Origin: Camelus ferus
Lineage: Eukaryota
DNA length: 64,000 bases
NCBI RefSeq assembly: GCF_009834535.1
Contig: NC_045707.1
Location: forward strand, 61,072,001 to 61,136,000
Direction: 5' to 3'
Part shown: positions 49,940 through 63,169 of the stretch, in pieces
Position numbering within the stretch: position 1 is the first letter of the stretch
How the letters are laid out: each line of letters begins with the position of its first letter
Notes under the pieces: generated by a model
Seen by the model: the letters and a program-made list of their open reading frames with translations, nothing else
Database searches by the model: none
What the model was told of the DNA's origin: nothing
Position numbers and translations under genes: made by a program

Positions 49940-50098
49940 AGTTGCTTATGGTCTGTAAGACACAGGAAAGTCCCTTAAACTCTCAGATCCCAAGCTGTTT
50001 CTTTGCCTCAGTGGAGATAACTACACCTGCCTAACAGGATTAGTGTGATATGTCAAAGTGCTTGGCAAATTGCGTTTGCTTGATAAATGTGAGTTTCT
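49940..50098 (+). mobile_element. MIR, degenerate
   Basis: GGAAAGTCCCTTAAACTCTCAG...GTGGAGATAACTACACCTGCC..ACAGGATT...AAAGTGCTTGGCAAATTG. Confidence 0.55.
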
Positions 50099-50204
50099 TT
50101 TCTCCCTGGCATGGTCACGTTTCTGCTTAGTCCAATATTCTTATTAGTAGAAAGTTATCAATATGTAAAGAGTGAAGTATGTTCACCATTAAAAATGCAC
50201 CAAA

Positions 50205-50350
50205 CAGGCATAGAGACATGAGGGAAATTCCTGGCTGATGAAGATATTCTGTATTTAATCTGAATAACAGTAACGTAAGGGATCGCCATGCCGTATACTA
50301 AATATTTAGGTATTTTACTGTATGTAGATTAATCTTCAATTTTAAAAAGT
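50205..50350 (+). mobile_element. Old L1 (L1MC4/ME-like) 3' end
   Basis: CATGAGGGAAATTCCTGGCTGATGAAGATATTCTGTATTT...TATTTTACTGTATGTAGATT..CTTCAATTTTAAAAA. Confidence 0.65.
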
Positions 50351-51523
50351 ACTCCAAAAGTAAACATTGTTTGTACTGATTTATATGATTCTTTTAAAGT
50401 GGAGAAGGGTCCTAATCATAGAAATTTATTTCTACTTTACTCTTAGTAGGAAAGAAATATCATTTATTAGAGTGTTTAGTAATTAAAATATTCAGACTAA
50501 TATTAAAATTCATACTAATATATATGTGTGTATATATACATGCATACACACATTTATAGTTAACATTTACAGAGTGGTGAACATTGCTATATTCTGTGTG
50601 CATTGGAGAGAAATGGTGCTCACTCAAGGTCTAAATCAGTTGCATTTTGCATTCTCCATGGATTACATGGTAAAATATTGCTTTTATTTTCGCTTCAGCT
50701 AACCAAACTTTTAGAGTAGTTTAGTTATTATCCAGTATTTGGATTTGAGGAAGGTGGCCGAAGTCTGTACTCTATGGAGCAATGGCCTGATAAATGATTT
50801 TGGAAAATGGATTTGGAAAAAGCCTTTGGGCACTGAGCCTATGCAGAACTCACTCACAGGCCCCTGGTGACAACACTTAGCACAAAGCACAATTGGGTTA
50901 AAAAGGAGGAAAACACTGGCGTTTTGCAATGAAGTTTTACATTGCACCATTTATTGTAATCTCTTGCTCTCTTTGTGGCATCCTGTGTTTAAGGAAATAA
51001 TGTTATCATCTATTTCCAGAAATGGTCTGGATAACTTCTTGGAAACCCTTCCCACGCATTTGTATTTTGGTATCTCTCCATTATTTCCCACTTAGGCAGA
51101 CTGACCACAGGGACACTGGGAAACTCTCTGGCTCTGGAATGCACCAGCCTCCTACTTTCACATGCCGGAGACACACGTGGGATTATCTAGAAAGGGAAGG
51201 AAGGAGTTGTGATATGGAGGGGAAGCTAAATATAGCACTTGGCTCAAAGGAGGGAAATGTAACCATCACCACCACCACCTCCACCACCACCTGGTATCAT
51301 GGGGAGAGGGAGAGATTTGAGGGCACTGCCTGAGATCATCTCATGAGATATAGTGTCCAATTCCCTGGTTGGTGGTGACAGGTGATCTCAGAATGTTAGT
51401 GGGCAGCAAGCCCAGAGAGCAGTCATTCTATATTGGAACAGAAGAGTGGAAGCTCTGAAGAGGCAAGGATGTTTCTAAGAAAATGTAAAACAGAGAGAGG
51501 TGTTCAATCTATTAAAAAGAGGT

Positions 51524-51525
51524 TA

Positions 51526-51556
<31 letters not shown>

Positions 51557-51557
51557 T
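51524..51557. repeat. (TA)n-(T)n microsatellite
   Basis: About 12 TA units followed by a T-run. Confidence 0.9.
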
Positions 51558-52479
51558 GGTAGAGAATTTGCAGATGAATTAGAGATTACTGAAAAACTAA
51601 GCAAGGGGGAAAACAATGACTAATTCTAAGAAAAACAAAGTTTACAAGAAAGGAAATATAGAAAACTACATGATGCAGCTGTGAATAAATATTGTGTAAT
51701 CATGATAATACCGAGTACCAATTTAACTCTCGAAAAGTCTATTGGGAAGATGAGTGGCAAAGCAAAAGTTGTGTGTGTGTGTATGTGTGTATTTGTGCAT
51801 GGGTGTTGCATTACATGAAAACAAATTTCTCATTTTCAATAGTATGGTGTCAACAGATAACATCTAAATTGAAAAAAATCAAGAAACAGCCATGTAAGTA
51901 GACTATTTTAGAAACATGGAGGTAAGAAAGGGTTATAAGAATTGAAAGTAATTATTCTCAGGAAATAGGGAATAAGAATATAACCTTGGTAACTGAAATT
52001 AAGTTAAAAATTACCCCAATTTAGTCTTAAGACAGTCCAGCCAATTCACCTTTTAAAATTAAAGCCTTTCCTGAAGACATTAATGTGCGCAGAGATGTAG
52101 GGCAGCCAGCAAGTAAGAATTTTCATTGAGAGTGGAAAACAGAGCCCAGCGTTCCTGTATAGTTAATTAACACTGTGGTGCACGGACATCTCAAAATGGA
52201 CTCTGGTTAGAATAGAAAGGGCTGGGAAGTGACTGGTGACTTTTGCAACATTCTACTTTTCTTCTGGAGGCTGTTCAAGATTTGAATCTGCAAGAAAGTA
52301 TCTCACCAGATCCCGAGAGCTGGAGAATGTAGTCGGAGTGCAAAATTGTGGCCAAAACATCTACTCTGTGGATTGGATCCCACTGTTAACATGTAGCCTC
52401 TCAATACGCTTCTCAGCCCCTCTGGGGAGTTATCTGTAGTGGGTTGTAAGTACTCCACATATTTTCCCTAATTGCAGAT

Positions 52480-52800
52480 TCTTGCAGGGCCCATCTGTGA
52501 CTATACAGAATCATCCCTGCTCCCTTCTGTGCTTGCTTTCTATCACAGGGCTAGAGACCTGGGAACTACGTTTCCAGAATCCCTTGCCGTAGTGTCTCAG
52601 ATCCTGTCATTGGGAAGTACTTGTGAGGGATCTGGAGACAAAAGTGATGCATACGGTTCCCCCAGCAGCAGGAGATGTGAAGTCGCAGGGGAGATGTGAA
52701 GGCTTTACTGAGAATGATCTGTAGTGGTGTTGTGGGCAGCTGTCATCACTGCTGGTAGGTAACTTGGGATTCAAGCAACTTCTCGATTCTCTGAAGCAAG
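52480..52800 (+). mobile_element. ERVL LTR fragment (LTR33/LTR16-like)
   Basis: GGAACTACGTTTCCAGAATCCCTTGC resembles the AACTACATTTCCCAGA.TCCCTTGC motif shared by LTR16/LTR33. Confidence 0.5.
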
Positions 52801-52839
52801 GGCAAACCTGAGAACTAGGGATGTGTCCACCTAAACCTT

Positions 52840-53065
52840 GGCTTCACAAACACCTAGATTCAAATCCTGACTCTTTTTTTTTTTAAAAACTATGTAAGGC
52901 CCTGCACTAGGATTTTAAAAAAATTCTTGATTTATTTTTTTCAACTGTATAATAAGGATAGTATCATTTATCTCACAGATGATGGGGAATAAAGATAATA
53001 CATGTAAAAGTGCCCAGCAGGAGACCTGTCACCAGAGTAGGTGCTGAGTAAATGGTAGCTACTGC
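52840..53065 (+). mobile_element. MIR
   Basis: ACCTAGATTCAAATCCTGACTC...AGATAATACATGTAAAAGTGCCCAGCA..TAGGTGCTGAGTAAATGGTAGCTACT. Confidence 0.75.
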
Positions 53066-54717
53066 AAGTCTTATTTTTATCCTCTGCTTGCCACCTGCCA
53101 CTGTTGTTATTTACGCTATAGCTGCTGTGTGATCACCAGGCAAGAACCCGTGTGCAGGGTGCTGGGTTGAGCAGCTGGGGTAGCTCGCCCACTCCTCCTT
53201 CCATAAGCTTCTCCTCTCCAGAAAGCTGGAATGCCCACATCTTCTCTCTGCCTCAGAGTAAAAGCCTCAGCCTACTAGATACCCAGACCCATCTGTGTGT
53301 AGGAGACCAGGACTGATCAACTTGGCTGTAACCCTGGCACATGTGTTTTGCTTTTTTTGCTTTTCCTAGCTTGCTTCTCTCAATAACCCAAGGACGGCAG
53401 TGGCCCCTACTTTTTTCTCCATGTGATGAGCTGACATGTAATTGATATCCTTGGTTCTGCTGCTTTTGGGGGGTGGCCAGTCACATTCTCCTACTGTCTT
53501 GAGGTCTCCATGCTTGACCTAGACTCCTTCTTACACATTTGGGGGCTTTCACAACAAATCTCATTGCAAGGCAGAACCCTTTCTAGGCAAAGTTTATAGA
53601 ATTCCTGATTTGGAGAACCTCTGTCCCACCCCCCCCCCCTTTTATATGTGAAACACCAGATGTTCTAGCTGATGAACCCGGTAAGTGAGTTTTTTCCTCT
53701 CATTGATTTAAAAAATTGTACCCTTTCGCTATACGGCACATGATCGAGCACTTTAAAATATATAATTAATTAAAGTGTTTACTGAAACTGACAAGCAGGC
53801 AAAATAAATGTAAATGAAGGAGGAGATCTGTAGAAACAGTCTGAAAACAGCCATCTCTTCCTGGGCTGACTTAACTCTAAAGTCTAAGAAACTGGGAGTC
53901 CTTGTGGATCGAGGAGGTAGCCAGTCCAGACACGGAGGTCACCACACTTAGCATGAAGCGTCTCCTTCCTTCTTGCTTAAACGGCAGATTTCTAGCAGAA
54001 ATTTCTAGCCTCTCTCTGTCTTCAAGAAATATGGACAAACAGGGAGAGAGGAAAAAAAAGAATTTTTAGAGTTAAAAGTTGTGGTATCATGTCTATTTCA
54101 TTCGCCCCACTATTTGTAATTTCTTCTCTTTCTGTTTACAATTTCCAAAGGCTCTGAATGAAGCAGATCCTAGGGGAAGGCACGATGCTGTGGGAGGAAA
54201 GGGCACGGCCCAAGTCTCTTCCCTGTCCTTCACCGGAGACCCAAAACTAGGATGATGGCCTGTGATGCTGTAGCAGTGTCTGCTTTCTTGCTGGATGACC
54301 TGTAACTAAAAGTGAATCAAAACAAAACATCTTCATTAAGAGTTTTGTTTCCATGAATGAAAAACATAAAATATCCCTTACTGTTAGGTGGAGGATTTGG
54401 CATAAAAGTTAAAACCCCAAATAATCAAATACACACCTCTTTACTCTATTGTGATAAGAACCATGGAAAGAGAAGGACAGGGGCAAGCAGGAAGGTAACT
54501 GCAGGGTTTTCTATTTGGAGGTCCTCGTGTTCGTTAAATCTGTCTCTTTGGCAGTTCATGTTAATTTGGGATGTATTTGGCAGCACTACAGTAATTACCT
54601 GCTATTCATAGATCTTCTGTGACTTTAAAAAGCCTTCCACGATCTTTAGCTGGGGCATCAGAACAGCAGGCTGGGATGAGTGGGGATGTCAAATTTTTTG
54701 GTCAGGGACAGGAATTG

Positions 54718-54939
54718 GGAGGGAGGCAACCTATAGTCTGTGAGCCAGATACAGCCTGCTACCTGTTTTTGTAGATAAAGTTTTATTGGAACCCAGCCAT
54801 TCCCCTCGTTTGCACATTGTCTATGGCTTCTTTTTTTGCAACAGTGGCAAAGTTGAGTACTTGTGACATAGATCATCTGACCCACAAAGCCAAACATATT
54901 TACTATCTGACCTTCACAGAAAAAGTTTTCCAGCCTCTG
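54718..54939 (+). mobile_element. MER58A (hAT-Charlie) DNA transposon
   Basis: CCTGTTTTTGTAGATAAAGTTTTATTGGAACCCAGCCA...TTGTCTATGGCT...ATATTTACTATCTGACCTTCACAGAAAAAGTTT..CCTCTG. Confidence 0.9.
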
Positions 54940-55449
54940 GCCCAGGATGAAGTGTTGCTGGAGCTAGACTCCTTACATTTAACTGCATAAAGTTAAGCCC
55001 AGGGCTCAAATTGATTCTTGAAGTGCTTTACAACACTTTTTAGTAACTGAAAACTATGACTTGCTTGTGAACTGTCATATTGTTGGTTTCATGTAGATAA
55101 AATCATTCAAGGTGTACAATTACTTGAGCAACAGTTGACATTCATATCACCCTACGTGGGTTTGAAGGAGAGTGGGCTTCCGAGATTTGCTGAAGTGAGT
55201 GAATTACTTGCTAACCCCTAGATGCCAAGCAAATGAACCTGAAAACTGAACTCCTTTTTTCTTTCTGGGATGAGATGGGAATATTTTAAGAAGTCTTGAC
55301 AGATGAAGAACCTTTATGATTTGTGAGGAAGATGAATACTAGAATATAAGATTAGTTATAATTAGGCAAATTTACATTATAAAATCAAAGCACTATTTTT
55401 AAAAAGCACCTTCATGCCTGTGTCTCCCCAGGTCTTCCTCTAAGGACAG

Positions 55450-55693
55450 GCATTATAAAGTAGTGAATAAAATAAGTGAAGGATCTGGTGCCAGACACAT
55501 CTGGGTTTGAATTCTGGCTCTGCCATTATGAGCTGTGTGGGCTTGGCCAAGTTACTTAACCTCTCTGTGTGTGTTTCCTCACTTTTGAGATGGGCATGAT
55601 AATCGTACCTACCTTGCGGGGTTGTTATGATGACTGATGGAGATGAGGCAGGCAAAGACTTAGTTCTGTGACAGTAGCAAGTTAGCTATTATA
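55450..55693 (+). mobile_element. MIR SINE
   Basis: CTGGGTTTGAATTCTGGCTCTGCCATTA..AGCTGTGTGGGCTTGGCCAAGTTACTTAACCTCTCTGTG..GTTTCCTCA. Confidence 0.9.
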
Positions 55694-57074
55694 TTTTTAG
55701 TCCCCTCTCAGAAAAATCCATCCAGCTCTACCAGAATCTTAATTTCCTGTACTTGCTTCTCAGAATCCCCCTTAATTTGCCCAAGATGTTAAAGACTGGG
55801 CTGTTTGGCTGTGTCATATGGAAACCCTCCTCTGATAGGGGGAAATGTGATCCCTAAGGAAACAAGAGCCCTGGTGGCAGACAGGACCCCACAGTTATCT
55901 GAGCTACCTACTCACCTCCTGGCAATGTGGTCTTTCTGGAAGAGAATCGTGTGAGTCACAGAGGGGATGGGACCATCTCCGTGTTGCTGAACCGTGACCA
56001 GTGGCTTGCCAATCACAAGAATGGGTCTCTGTCTTTGCTCAATACATGTTTTTACCTGCTTCATTGTTCTTCTGACTCGGGCCTGTCTTTAGTTCTTGCA
56101 TCTGGAAAAATCTCTGACAAGAAGCATGATTAGGCTGCTCCTTTAGTTGGCAGGAAATTAACTCCAGCAGACTTGGGCTATTTTGCCGTAATCATTCACG
56201 TGTGTGGCAGTGCCCATTGGGATTTTTTGCATTTGTGCTTCAGTCATTTTCATGTCTTTCTTGGGTTACCTTTTATCACCTCCTTTTACTAAAAGCACTG
56301 ATGTTAGGATTCAAAAGAGCTTAGCCAGGTGTTGGTGAATGTGAATCAGTGCTTTTGGAGGAGAAAATGCCCCCGGCAGGCTCGTGGTTGGCAGTGGATT
56401 TGCCACCCATCCATCCTTCAGTCCATCTGTGTGACACTGTGAAATAATATTAAATTTGACTTTTAGCTTTACCTAAAATTCCCATTAGCTCTTCTCATCT
56501 CCTCTTGCAACCTCCTTTTTCTTTTTCTTTTTTCCCTAAGAGTTCCAGGCAATATGTATTCATAATTATAGGGTATTTTGGTTACAGAAAATACCAATAT
56601 TCTAGCAAACCTATGGGCATTTTAAGGCAGCTCTGATCAGTTCCAAATTTGTCAGGAACAGCAGACAGTGCAAAAGACTAAAATGCAAATTCTAAAAGCA
56701 GTGGTAAGTTTAACAGAATGCTGTTGACATCGAATTTTAAAAAGCCATCAGTTTGGCGACCTCATACTGATTTCTTTTTTTTCCCCCAACTTCTTTTTTT
56801 CCCATATGTTGAATGGGAATAATAAACGTTCACCTAATTATCTTTGTCTCTTTGGACACATTTGTTACCACCACCTACCTTTTCCACAGTCCCCTTCACA
56901 CCATACACACATAGTTGGATAAATGCAAGTATTTTGCAGTCCTATGATCATTGCAGGTTTGCTGTGAAGTTTATGTCAGGTTGCATATGTGAAAACACTT
57001 ACTACTGTGTCTGGTATAGCACAGGTGTTTCTTGGACCTCCATATTTGAATCCCAATTCTTGTTATGTGTCACA

Positions 57075-57290
57075 GACACAGAGTTGTGTTTTAGAAGACC
57101 TGTGCTGAAGTTCCAGCTCTGTCACTTAATAGCTGTGACACTTTGAGCACATTGTATCACTTACTTCCCCAAAACGCAGTTTTTCATCAATAATGTGAGG
57201 AAAACTGTGTTCCATTGTTAGTGAGATCAAATGAAAACGTATTAAAAGTGTTTTCTAAGTTGTAAAGGATGATACAAATGCATGGTGTTG
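57075..57290 (+). mobile_element. MIR (MIRc-like)
   Basis: AGAAGACCTGTG..AAGTTCCAGCTCTGTCACTTAATAGCTGTG...TTGTTAGTGAGATCAAATGA. Confidence 0.7.
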
Positions 57291-58309
57291 TATAGACAGT
57301 TGTGACAATTTCAGCAGCTTTCAGTTGGAAAGGAACGTCAAAATTGTTTAATGATTTTCTTTTTTGCTTTAATTCAGCTTTACTCAATGGCCCCAGGATA
57401 CGTCTAAATTTTAATAAAGCAGGAGAGCTCTTGACCTTGTTCTTTAATCAGAGCCAATACACACACAAGCCTATCACATCCATCAACTACACTACATGCT
57501 TTCAGACCTCAGCAGGGGAGCATGGGTGTGGCATCCACAGCAGGGAAGAGCACGAGCCAGTTTGCCCCATTAGTGCCCCAGGGACCAAGTGCTGATGGTG
57601 AAAAGTCAAAGGGGAGACAGGGTGCAAGTTTAACCCAGAGGAAGGAGGCTGGTTAAGCGCCTGACCTGGCCAGTCTTACCCTGCTGCCTCAATTAAAAAG
57701 GGGTTAATTATTCAGATTACCCAGATGTTTGCCCCAAGAGTCTCTGATTCACTTTGCAGTGGGAGGGAGGGAGGGGTGAGTAGGTGGGAGGTCTGCTGCT
57801 ACTCCTCTTCGTCTTCCTCCTCCAATCCAGGGAAACTGGAGGGAGAGAGTGGAAGATGGTGTGAGTCATCTAGAAGACATATTTGCTTTCCTCGGGGCTT
57901 GCTTTCCCTGTGCGTAAAGGAGACACTTCTAACGTCAAGAACGCTGGCGAGAACAAATGGATCAATGTCACCCTCATCTCATGTGTTACCCTCGTTTGAC
58001 CTCATTTTCCAGCCTATGGTTTGGAGGCCTGAGGTCAGCACAGGACTTGACAGAGAGAGGAGAGAAGACAGAGAATATGTATTAGAGAATGTAGTTTGCT
58101 GACAAGGGTACCTGTCCAGGCAGGCTAAATGTCTTAGAAGTAAGAAGAGTCTCTGGAAGGTGGTTTCGGCAAGGCCAAGCCCTGGGTGGGGCCAGGTGAA
58201 ACAGCTGAGTGTCGTGGAGTCATACAAGAAATTGGGCAAAAAAGAAAAAAAAAAAAAAGAAAAAGTCACTCTGAATATCAGTTTCAAAGATGCCGTAGAT
58301 ACAGGGAAA

Positions 58310-58485
58310 AGCATCTAGTACATTTTTAGACACTGTGGAGGGTACTTGACAAATGTAATTTAACTTAATCCCCATAGAAATAGTATGAGAAAAGTTGTAG
58401 ATGAATAAACATAGACTCAGAGGAGCCTAAAGCTATTAGCTTAAATTCAGGAAGTTGGTTTAATTCCAAAGTCCGTCTTCTTTCT
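58310..58485 (-). mobile_element. MIR, degenerate
   Basis: AGACACTGTG..GTACTTGACAAATGTAATTTAACTTAATCCCCATA...GTAGATGAATAAAC..AGACTCAGAG. Confidence 0.6.
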
Positions 58486-58621
58486 TGAGTTTCATGTATA
58501 GAAGGTCAAACTAAGGTATGTCACCTGTGGGTAGGACTTTTGTCCCTCTAAATCCATGGGACTTCTCCACCACTGCTGGTTCCATTGTGGTAAGAATTTT
58601 GTTATCCTTACCCCAAAGCGC

Positions 58622-58988
58622 TGTGGCAGCAGATGGTCCTGCTCATTAATATTCTGGTACTTCTCCTGCACCTAGGTTTGTGCTGCCCCACTCCTTGAAG
58701 ATAGCATGGCCAGGTAACTTATTCGGAGCCACGAAGAATGAGTGAAAGTGATTTGTGTCACTTCTGGGTAGAAGGCTGTGAGAGCCAACGAGAAATTTCT
58801 GTGTTTTCTTCCAAATGACACAGCAACTGTTAACCCTCCAGTTGGTAAAATATCTGAGATGAGTGAGGAAGCATAGAGCAGAACCCCTGTTCATTTAGTG
58901 TAAGAAATAATAAAACTTAACTGTTAAAAACCCCTATGACTTTAGGATTGTTTGTTGCAGCATAACCTCACCCATCCTGACTGATACA
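58622..58988 (+). mobile_element. Old MaLR LTR (MLT1I/J-like)
   Basis: TGTGG start, AATGAGTGAAAGTGATTTGTGTCACTTCTGGG internally, and the end GCAGCATAACCT..CCCATCCTGACTGATACA. Confidence 0.85.
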
Positions 58989-59199
58989 AGCAGGAAATAA
59001 TTTTCCTATCACTCATGATTTCAAAAAATATATTCTTATGGAAGGGAAAGAATGGAGAAATGGGCCAACTGGAGTAAGAAAACATTGTAAGAACTAAACA
59101 AATCGTCTCTTTTGTTTGTGTTTATCATCAGCGAACACATTGTAAATTGTGGACACATTTCAGCTGGTGGATAATTCCCGAAGAATTAGAGCTAATAAC

Positions 59200-59587
59200 T
59201 GTCAGTTTGCTTGGGCTGCCACAACAAAGTGCCACAGTCCAGGTAGCTTAAACATAAATGAAAAAAATTTATTTTTTTAGAGTCCAGGAGGCTCGAAGTC
59301 CAAGATCAAGGTGTCAGCAGGGTTGGTTTTGTCTGAAAACTCTCTCCTTGGCATGTAGATGGCCATCTTCACATTGTCTTTCCTCTGTAGGTATCTGTGT
59401 CCTAATGTCCTTTTTTAAACATAAGGATACCAGTGACACAGCTTAGGGCTCATATTAATGATCTCATTTAACCTTATGTACTTCTCCAAAGACCCTATCT
59501 CCAGAGCAAGTCACATTTTGAGTACTGGGTGGGGGAGTAGGATTTCAACATCTGGATTTTGGGGGGAAAACAATTCAGCCCATAACA
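59200..59587 (-). mobile_element. MaLR solo LTR (MLT1B-like)
   Basis: GAAGTCCAAGATCAAGGTGTCAGCAGGGTTGGTTT and the end CAATTCAGCCCATAACA. Homologous to 28305-28688. Confidence 0.9.
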
Positions 59588-59799
59588 ACTATGGAGTAGT
59601 ACCTTCTACATAATGTATACTGAGAAGAATGACTTGAATGTCTTTTTTCTCAGCTAAACATTTCCTACGTATTCTGCTCTGACGGAAATGAATTGGAGAC
59701 TCTGGCTATCCGCCCTAAACACACTTCTAGCCAGAGCAACTGCAGTGTTTCATTGATCTTCATTGATCTCTTAACCCCACAGCAGAATGATCCCGGATG

Positions 59800-59968
59800 G
59801 GAAAGAACTCTAAAGGAATTGGGAGGAGGGCGCTCCTAGTCCCATTTTACTAGCTAAGGAAACTGGAACTCAGAGACGTTAAGTGAAGGATCCTAGGTCA
59901 CGCAGACAACGCGTGTCAGAACTGGGGATTCTGTCTATGATTTCCGAGCCCCTGGAATCGTCTTTCCA
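59800..59968 (-). mobile_element. MIR/MIR3
   Basis: CCCATTTTAC..TAAGGAAACTG..CTCAGAGACGTTAAGTGA..CCTAGGTCACGCAG. Confidence 0.7.
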
Positions 59969-62647
59969 TGAGGTCAGAGCTAATGTGTTTACAGCAGTAG
60001 AGTTTGGGCTTTGAATGAATGAGAGCGCACAAGAAGTTCTCAGAGAAGATTTGTAGGATGGGATGAAAAGAGCAAAGAGATCATTCCAGGTGATCAGAGC
60101 AAAGGTAGACTCACAGAGGGCAAAGGGCTCCTTATTTTTAGCCACTGTCTGTCCTCTAGGACACATATCATGTGCATGTCACATGGTACATATGATGGTA
60201 TATTTAGGACTCATACATTGAGTCCTCGTGTTGAGGTTGGGCAGACAGGACCTCTCTAAATAATCCAGAAAATAATGAGGCGTCTTGGCTGTGATATCTG
60301 TTTACTTCCTGGCTCATTGGGAAGGCCATTAATGGTTATTCTCCAGCTAATTTATATTTGCAAAATGGTTTGTCATAATTTTGATTTGATTTAACTCTAG
60401 CAAACTCGTTCAGGGTGGTCACCACATGTTACTCATATCACCAAGGAAACATTTAAAGATATAAAGACATTAAATAAATTTGCCCAGAGCAGCTGAGAGC
60501 AAGAGCTAGGATTAAGAACTGGAAACTTCAGAGACCTCCTCTGTTTTTGCCCCTGGGGCTGGCTTTTTCCACAAACAGGCTTCTGGGAAACAGACTGATG
60601 TGGGGATTCCATGAAGAACGCGGCATTTTTCTATAACCATTTATTAAAAATGCAAGTCATCAGATTAGAAGAAAGGCATGCCATCCAAGCAGGGAGGCCC
60701 ACACTCTGGGCCAGGGTTTGAGAGCAAGGGTCCTGGACTGGGTTCCCTATAACACATTCGTATTGATGACCATGAAAGGGTTCAGCGTCTTGAATGAGAC
60801 AGCTGCTTGTACAGAGGCGTTTTTTATGAGCTGACGGGTTAGCCAGGAACAAAGCATGTTTGTAGGAAGTAAATCGTTGCCAGTTTTAATCTGAGCTTCT
60901 CATTCAGCTGTGGCTGGAGACAATTGAGTTTTTAATGTTCCGCGTGAAGTTCCTCGTTTTCGGATTTTGGTCAGAATGGGGCCCAGGATTTGGTTTGGCT
61001 TAGGTGCTCCATTTTCAAAATGTCACTGAAATCAATGAAAACAAAAGCAATGCTGGTTGTTTTCATTTCCTGCTGATCATAACTTTTCCGGGGGACAGGG
61101 GCTGGACAAACAAAACTGCTTCCATGAAGGATGTTTATGTTTCTCGCTCCAAGACTGGGCTCAAAGAAGGGAGAGAAACAGTTGACATGTTATGATGTGA
61201 AAATGATTTAAAGTCTGCACTGAGATGAGAATTAAACTGAGGTCCCCAGGGGGAACCCACCGGGGTCTTGAAGAGTTGGAGGAAATTGCTGTGAGTCACA
61301 CGGATGAGAGTGCCGAATTGCCTCTGATCTCGCTTCTTTGGGAGAGATGTTTTTCCTGAGAATAATTTCCAGTTAACTGAAGAGAATTTCTTTAAAAAAA
61401 AACTTTTAAAGAAAGCGCTCTTGTTGGAGTTATTTAACAATGTATTATATACTTCCTTACCTTATCAACAAGAGTGCAGACCCTAATAGGCCCTGTTCTC
61501 GGTGATTCAGAGTAACCACAGCCTCCACCAGCTCTACTCTAGTGACCCGTGTGGTCCTGGCACCGTCTGTCAAGGTATCAGATCGCTGGGGGAACCTGCA
61601 TTGGCTGTGTGGCAGTTGGGTGCCCCTGGGGACTTGTAATTTTATTCTAGACCATGAATGGAATTTTCATTAGAATCTTAAAGATAGTATCTGAGAATAC
61701 CCAAATCCTGCTATGGGGGAATGATGACTACTAAGCCAACTAAGTTAGCATTTCAACAGGTCAACCAGGTTTGGCTTGACCAGCAATACCTTCTCATGAG
61801 AAAGTTGATGCTGGATCTAAGAGTTTCTTGTCACCTGACACTTTTCACTATTTGTCTCTTCATAGAGACACAGCAGGGGCCTTAAACAACTACCTCTGGG
61901 TTTGTAGGATGTCTAGTTATGGTAATATGGCTCAATCCAGGATGACCCCATCCTCTAACAACCAGAACTTTGCTACTTTTCACCCTACTCACTGCATGAG
62001 TCTCTTTTAAACTGTCTTCAAACTTTATGCAGTCTCCTTCGGATGCTGCCTTCCAAAGGATGAACCTTCTAACTCCTTAGGGATTGTACCCTAGCTTCCT
62101 GAACATGTGGTCAGTAACCCCAGGGGCTGAGTCATTCTCTGGTGAGGCTGGGATCCAGTCTTCACTGAACACAGTCAGCCTGTGGTCTACCTGGCCTTAA
62201 TCGTCTCACTACTTTAATAAAGAGAATGAATATTCATTTCCAGTTGCAGTTCTGGGTGGGGAAAGATTGGTTTTATGGCTGAATGCCACTAAGGAAACTT
62301 CCCTGGGGGGAAAAAAATTAAACTGAATTCATGGTCTTTCCAGAAGTCCTGCTGTGAAATAATCTTCTTTTGAAACTGTGGGACATAATAAAAAATAATA
62401 CCAATACTTTGGTCTTCTTTCAAACTACTGCTTTCCCAATAGTTACTCCTTTTGGCAATTTTAAACCACGTAATATTTTTTTCCCTATGGCCAGATTATG
62501 GTATCTGTTTTGTATTATTTTTGATTCTTTATTATTTATGGATATTTGAATTTCCTGGATAAGAGAGATAATATTCTTCATGATTTTAATTGATTTTATT
62601 TGTTTATTTACTGCAGCTTTATTAAATCAAAGGCCTTAATCTAAGGG

Positions 62648-63130
62648 TGTGGTAGGCTGAATACTGGCCTCTAAAGATATCAGACCTCAATCTTTGGAAT
62701 CTATAAATGTTACCTTACATGGAAAAAGGGCCTTTTTAGGTGCAAATAAGTTAAAGGTCTTGAGATGTGGAGGTTACCCTGGAATATCTGTGTGGGCCTT
62801 AAACACCATGACAGGTGTCTTCACAAAGAGAGGCAGAGGAAGGTTTGACAGATAGAACAGGGGAAGATAATGTGAGCCATAGCAACTGAGACTGGATGAT
62901 GTGGCCACAAGCCAAGGATTGCTGGCAGCCACCAGAAGCTGGAAGGGGAGAGAAACAAATTCTCCCCTGGAGCCTCCCAAGGGAGCATGGCCCTACTGAC
63001 ACCTCAGTTTTAGCCCAGTGACATTGCTTTCAGACTTCTGGCCTTCACAGCTAAGAAAGAAGACATTCCTGTTGTTTTAAGTCACCAAGTTTGTGGTCAT
63101 TTATTACAGAAGCCACAGGAAACTAACACA
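62648..63130 (+). mobile_element. MaLR solo LTR (MLT1C/D-like)
   Basis: TGTGGTAGGCTGAATA.TGGCC start, GCCACAAGCCAAGGA.TGCTGGCAGCCACCAGAAGCTGGAAG internally, and the end GCCACAGGAAACTAACACA. Confidence 0.92.
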
Positions 63131-63169
63131 AAATGTAAATACGCTACTCTTAAATTTGGTTTGGAAAGA

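Noticed and set aside
53587..53686. 94-nt exon-like segment ending in a strong donor CCG|GTAAGT
   Set aside because: The acceptor is weak, it contains an unstable C11 run, it is not frame-symmetric, and it resembles a decayed antisense MIR3 whose core supplies GTAAGTGA.
57856..57945. Peptide resemblance to the human MITF-C first exon, recalled as MGHLENTSVVFPRAIFSLCEKET: here VSHLEDI / FPRGLLSLCVKET in two frames.
   Set aside because: It needs a frameshift and gaps, and has no aligned ATG or donor. No MITF exon 1A or CpG island is present upstream, where I recall it lying ~25 kb away in human. Treated as chance; a BLASTN of 57600-58100 against human MITF would settle it.
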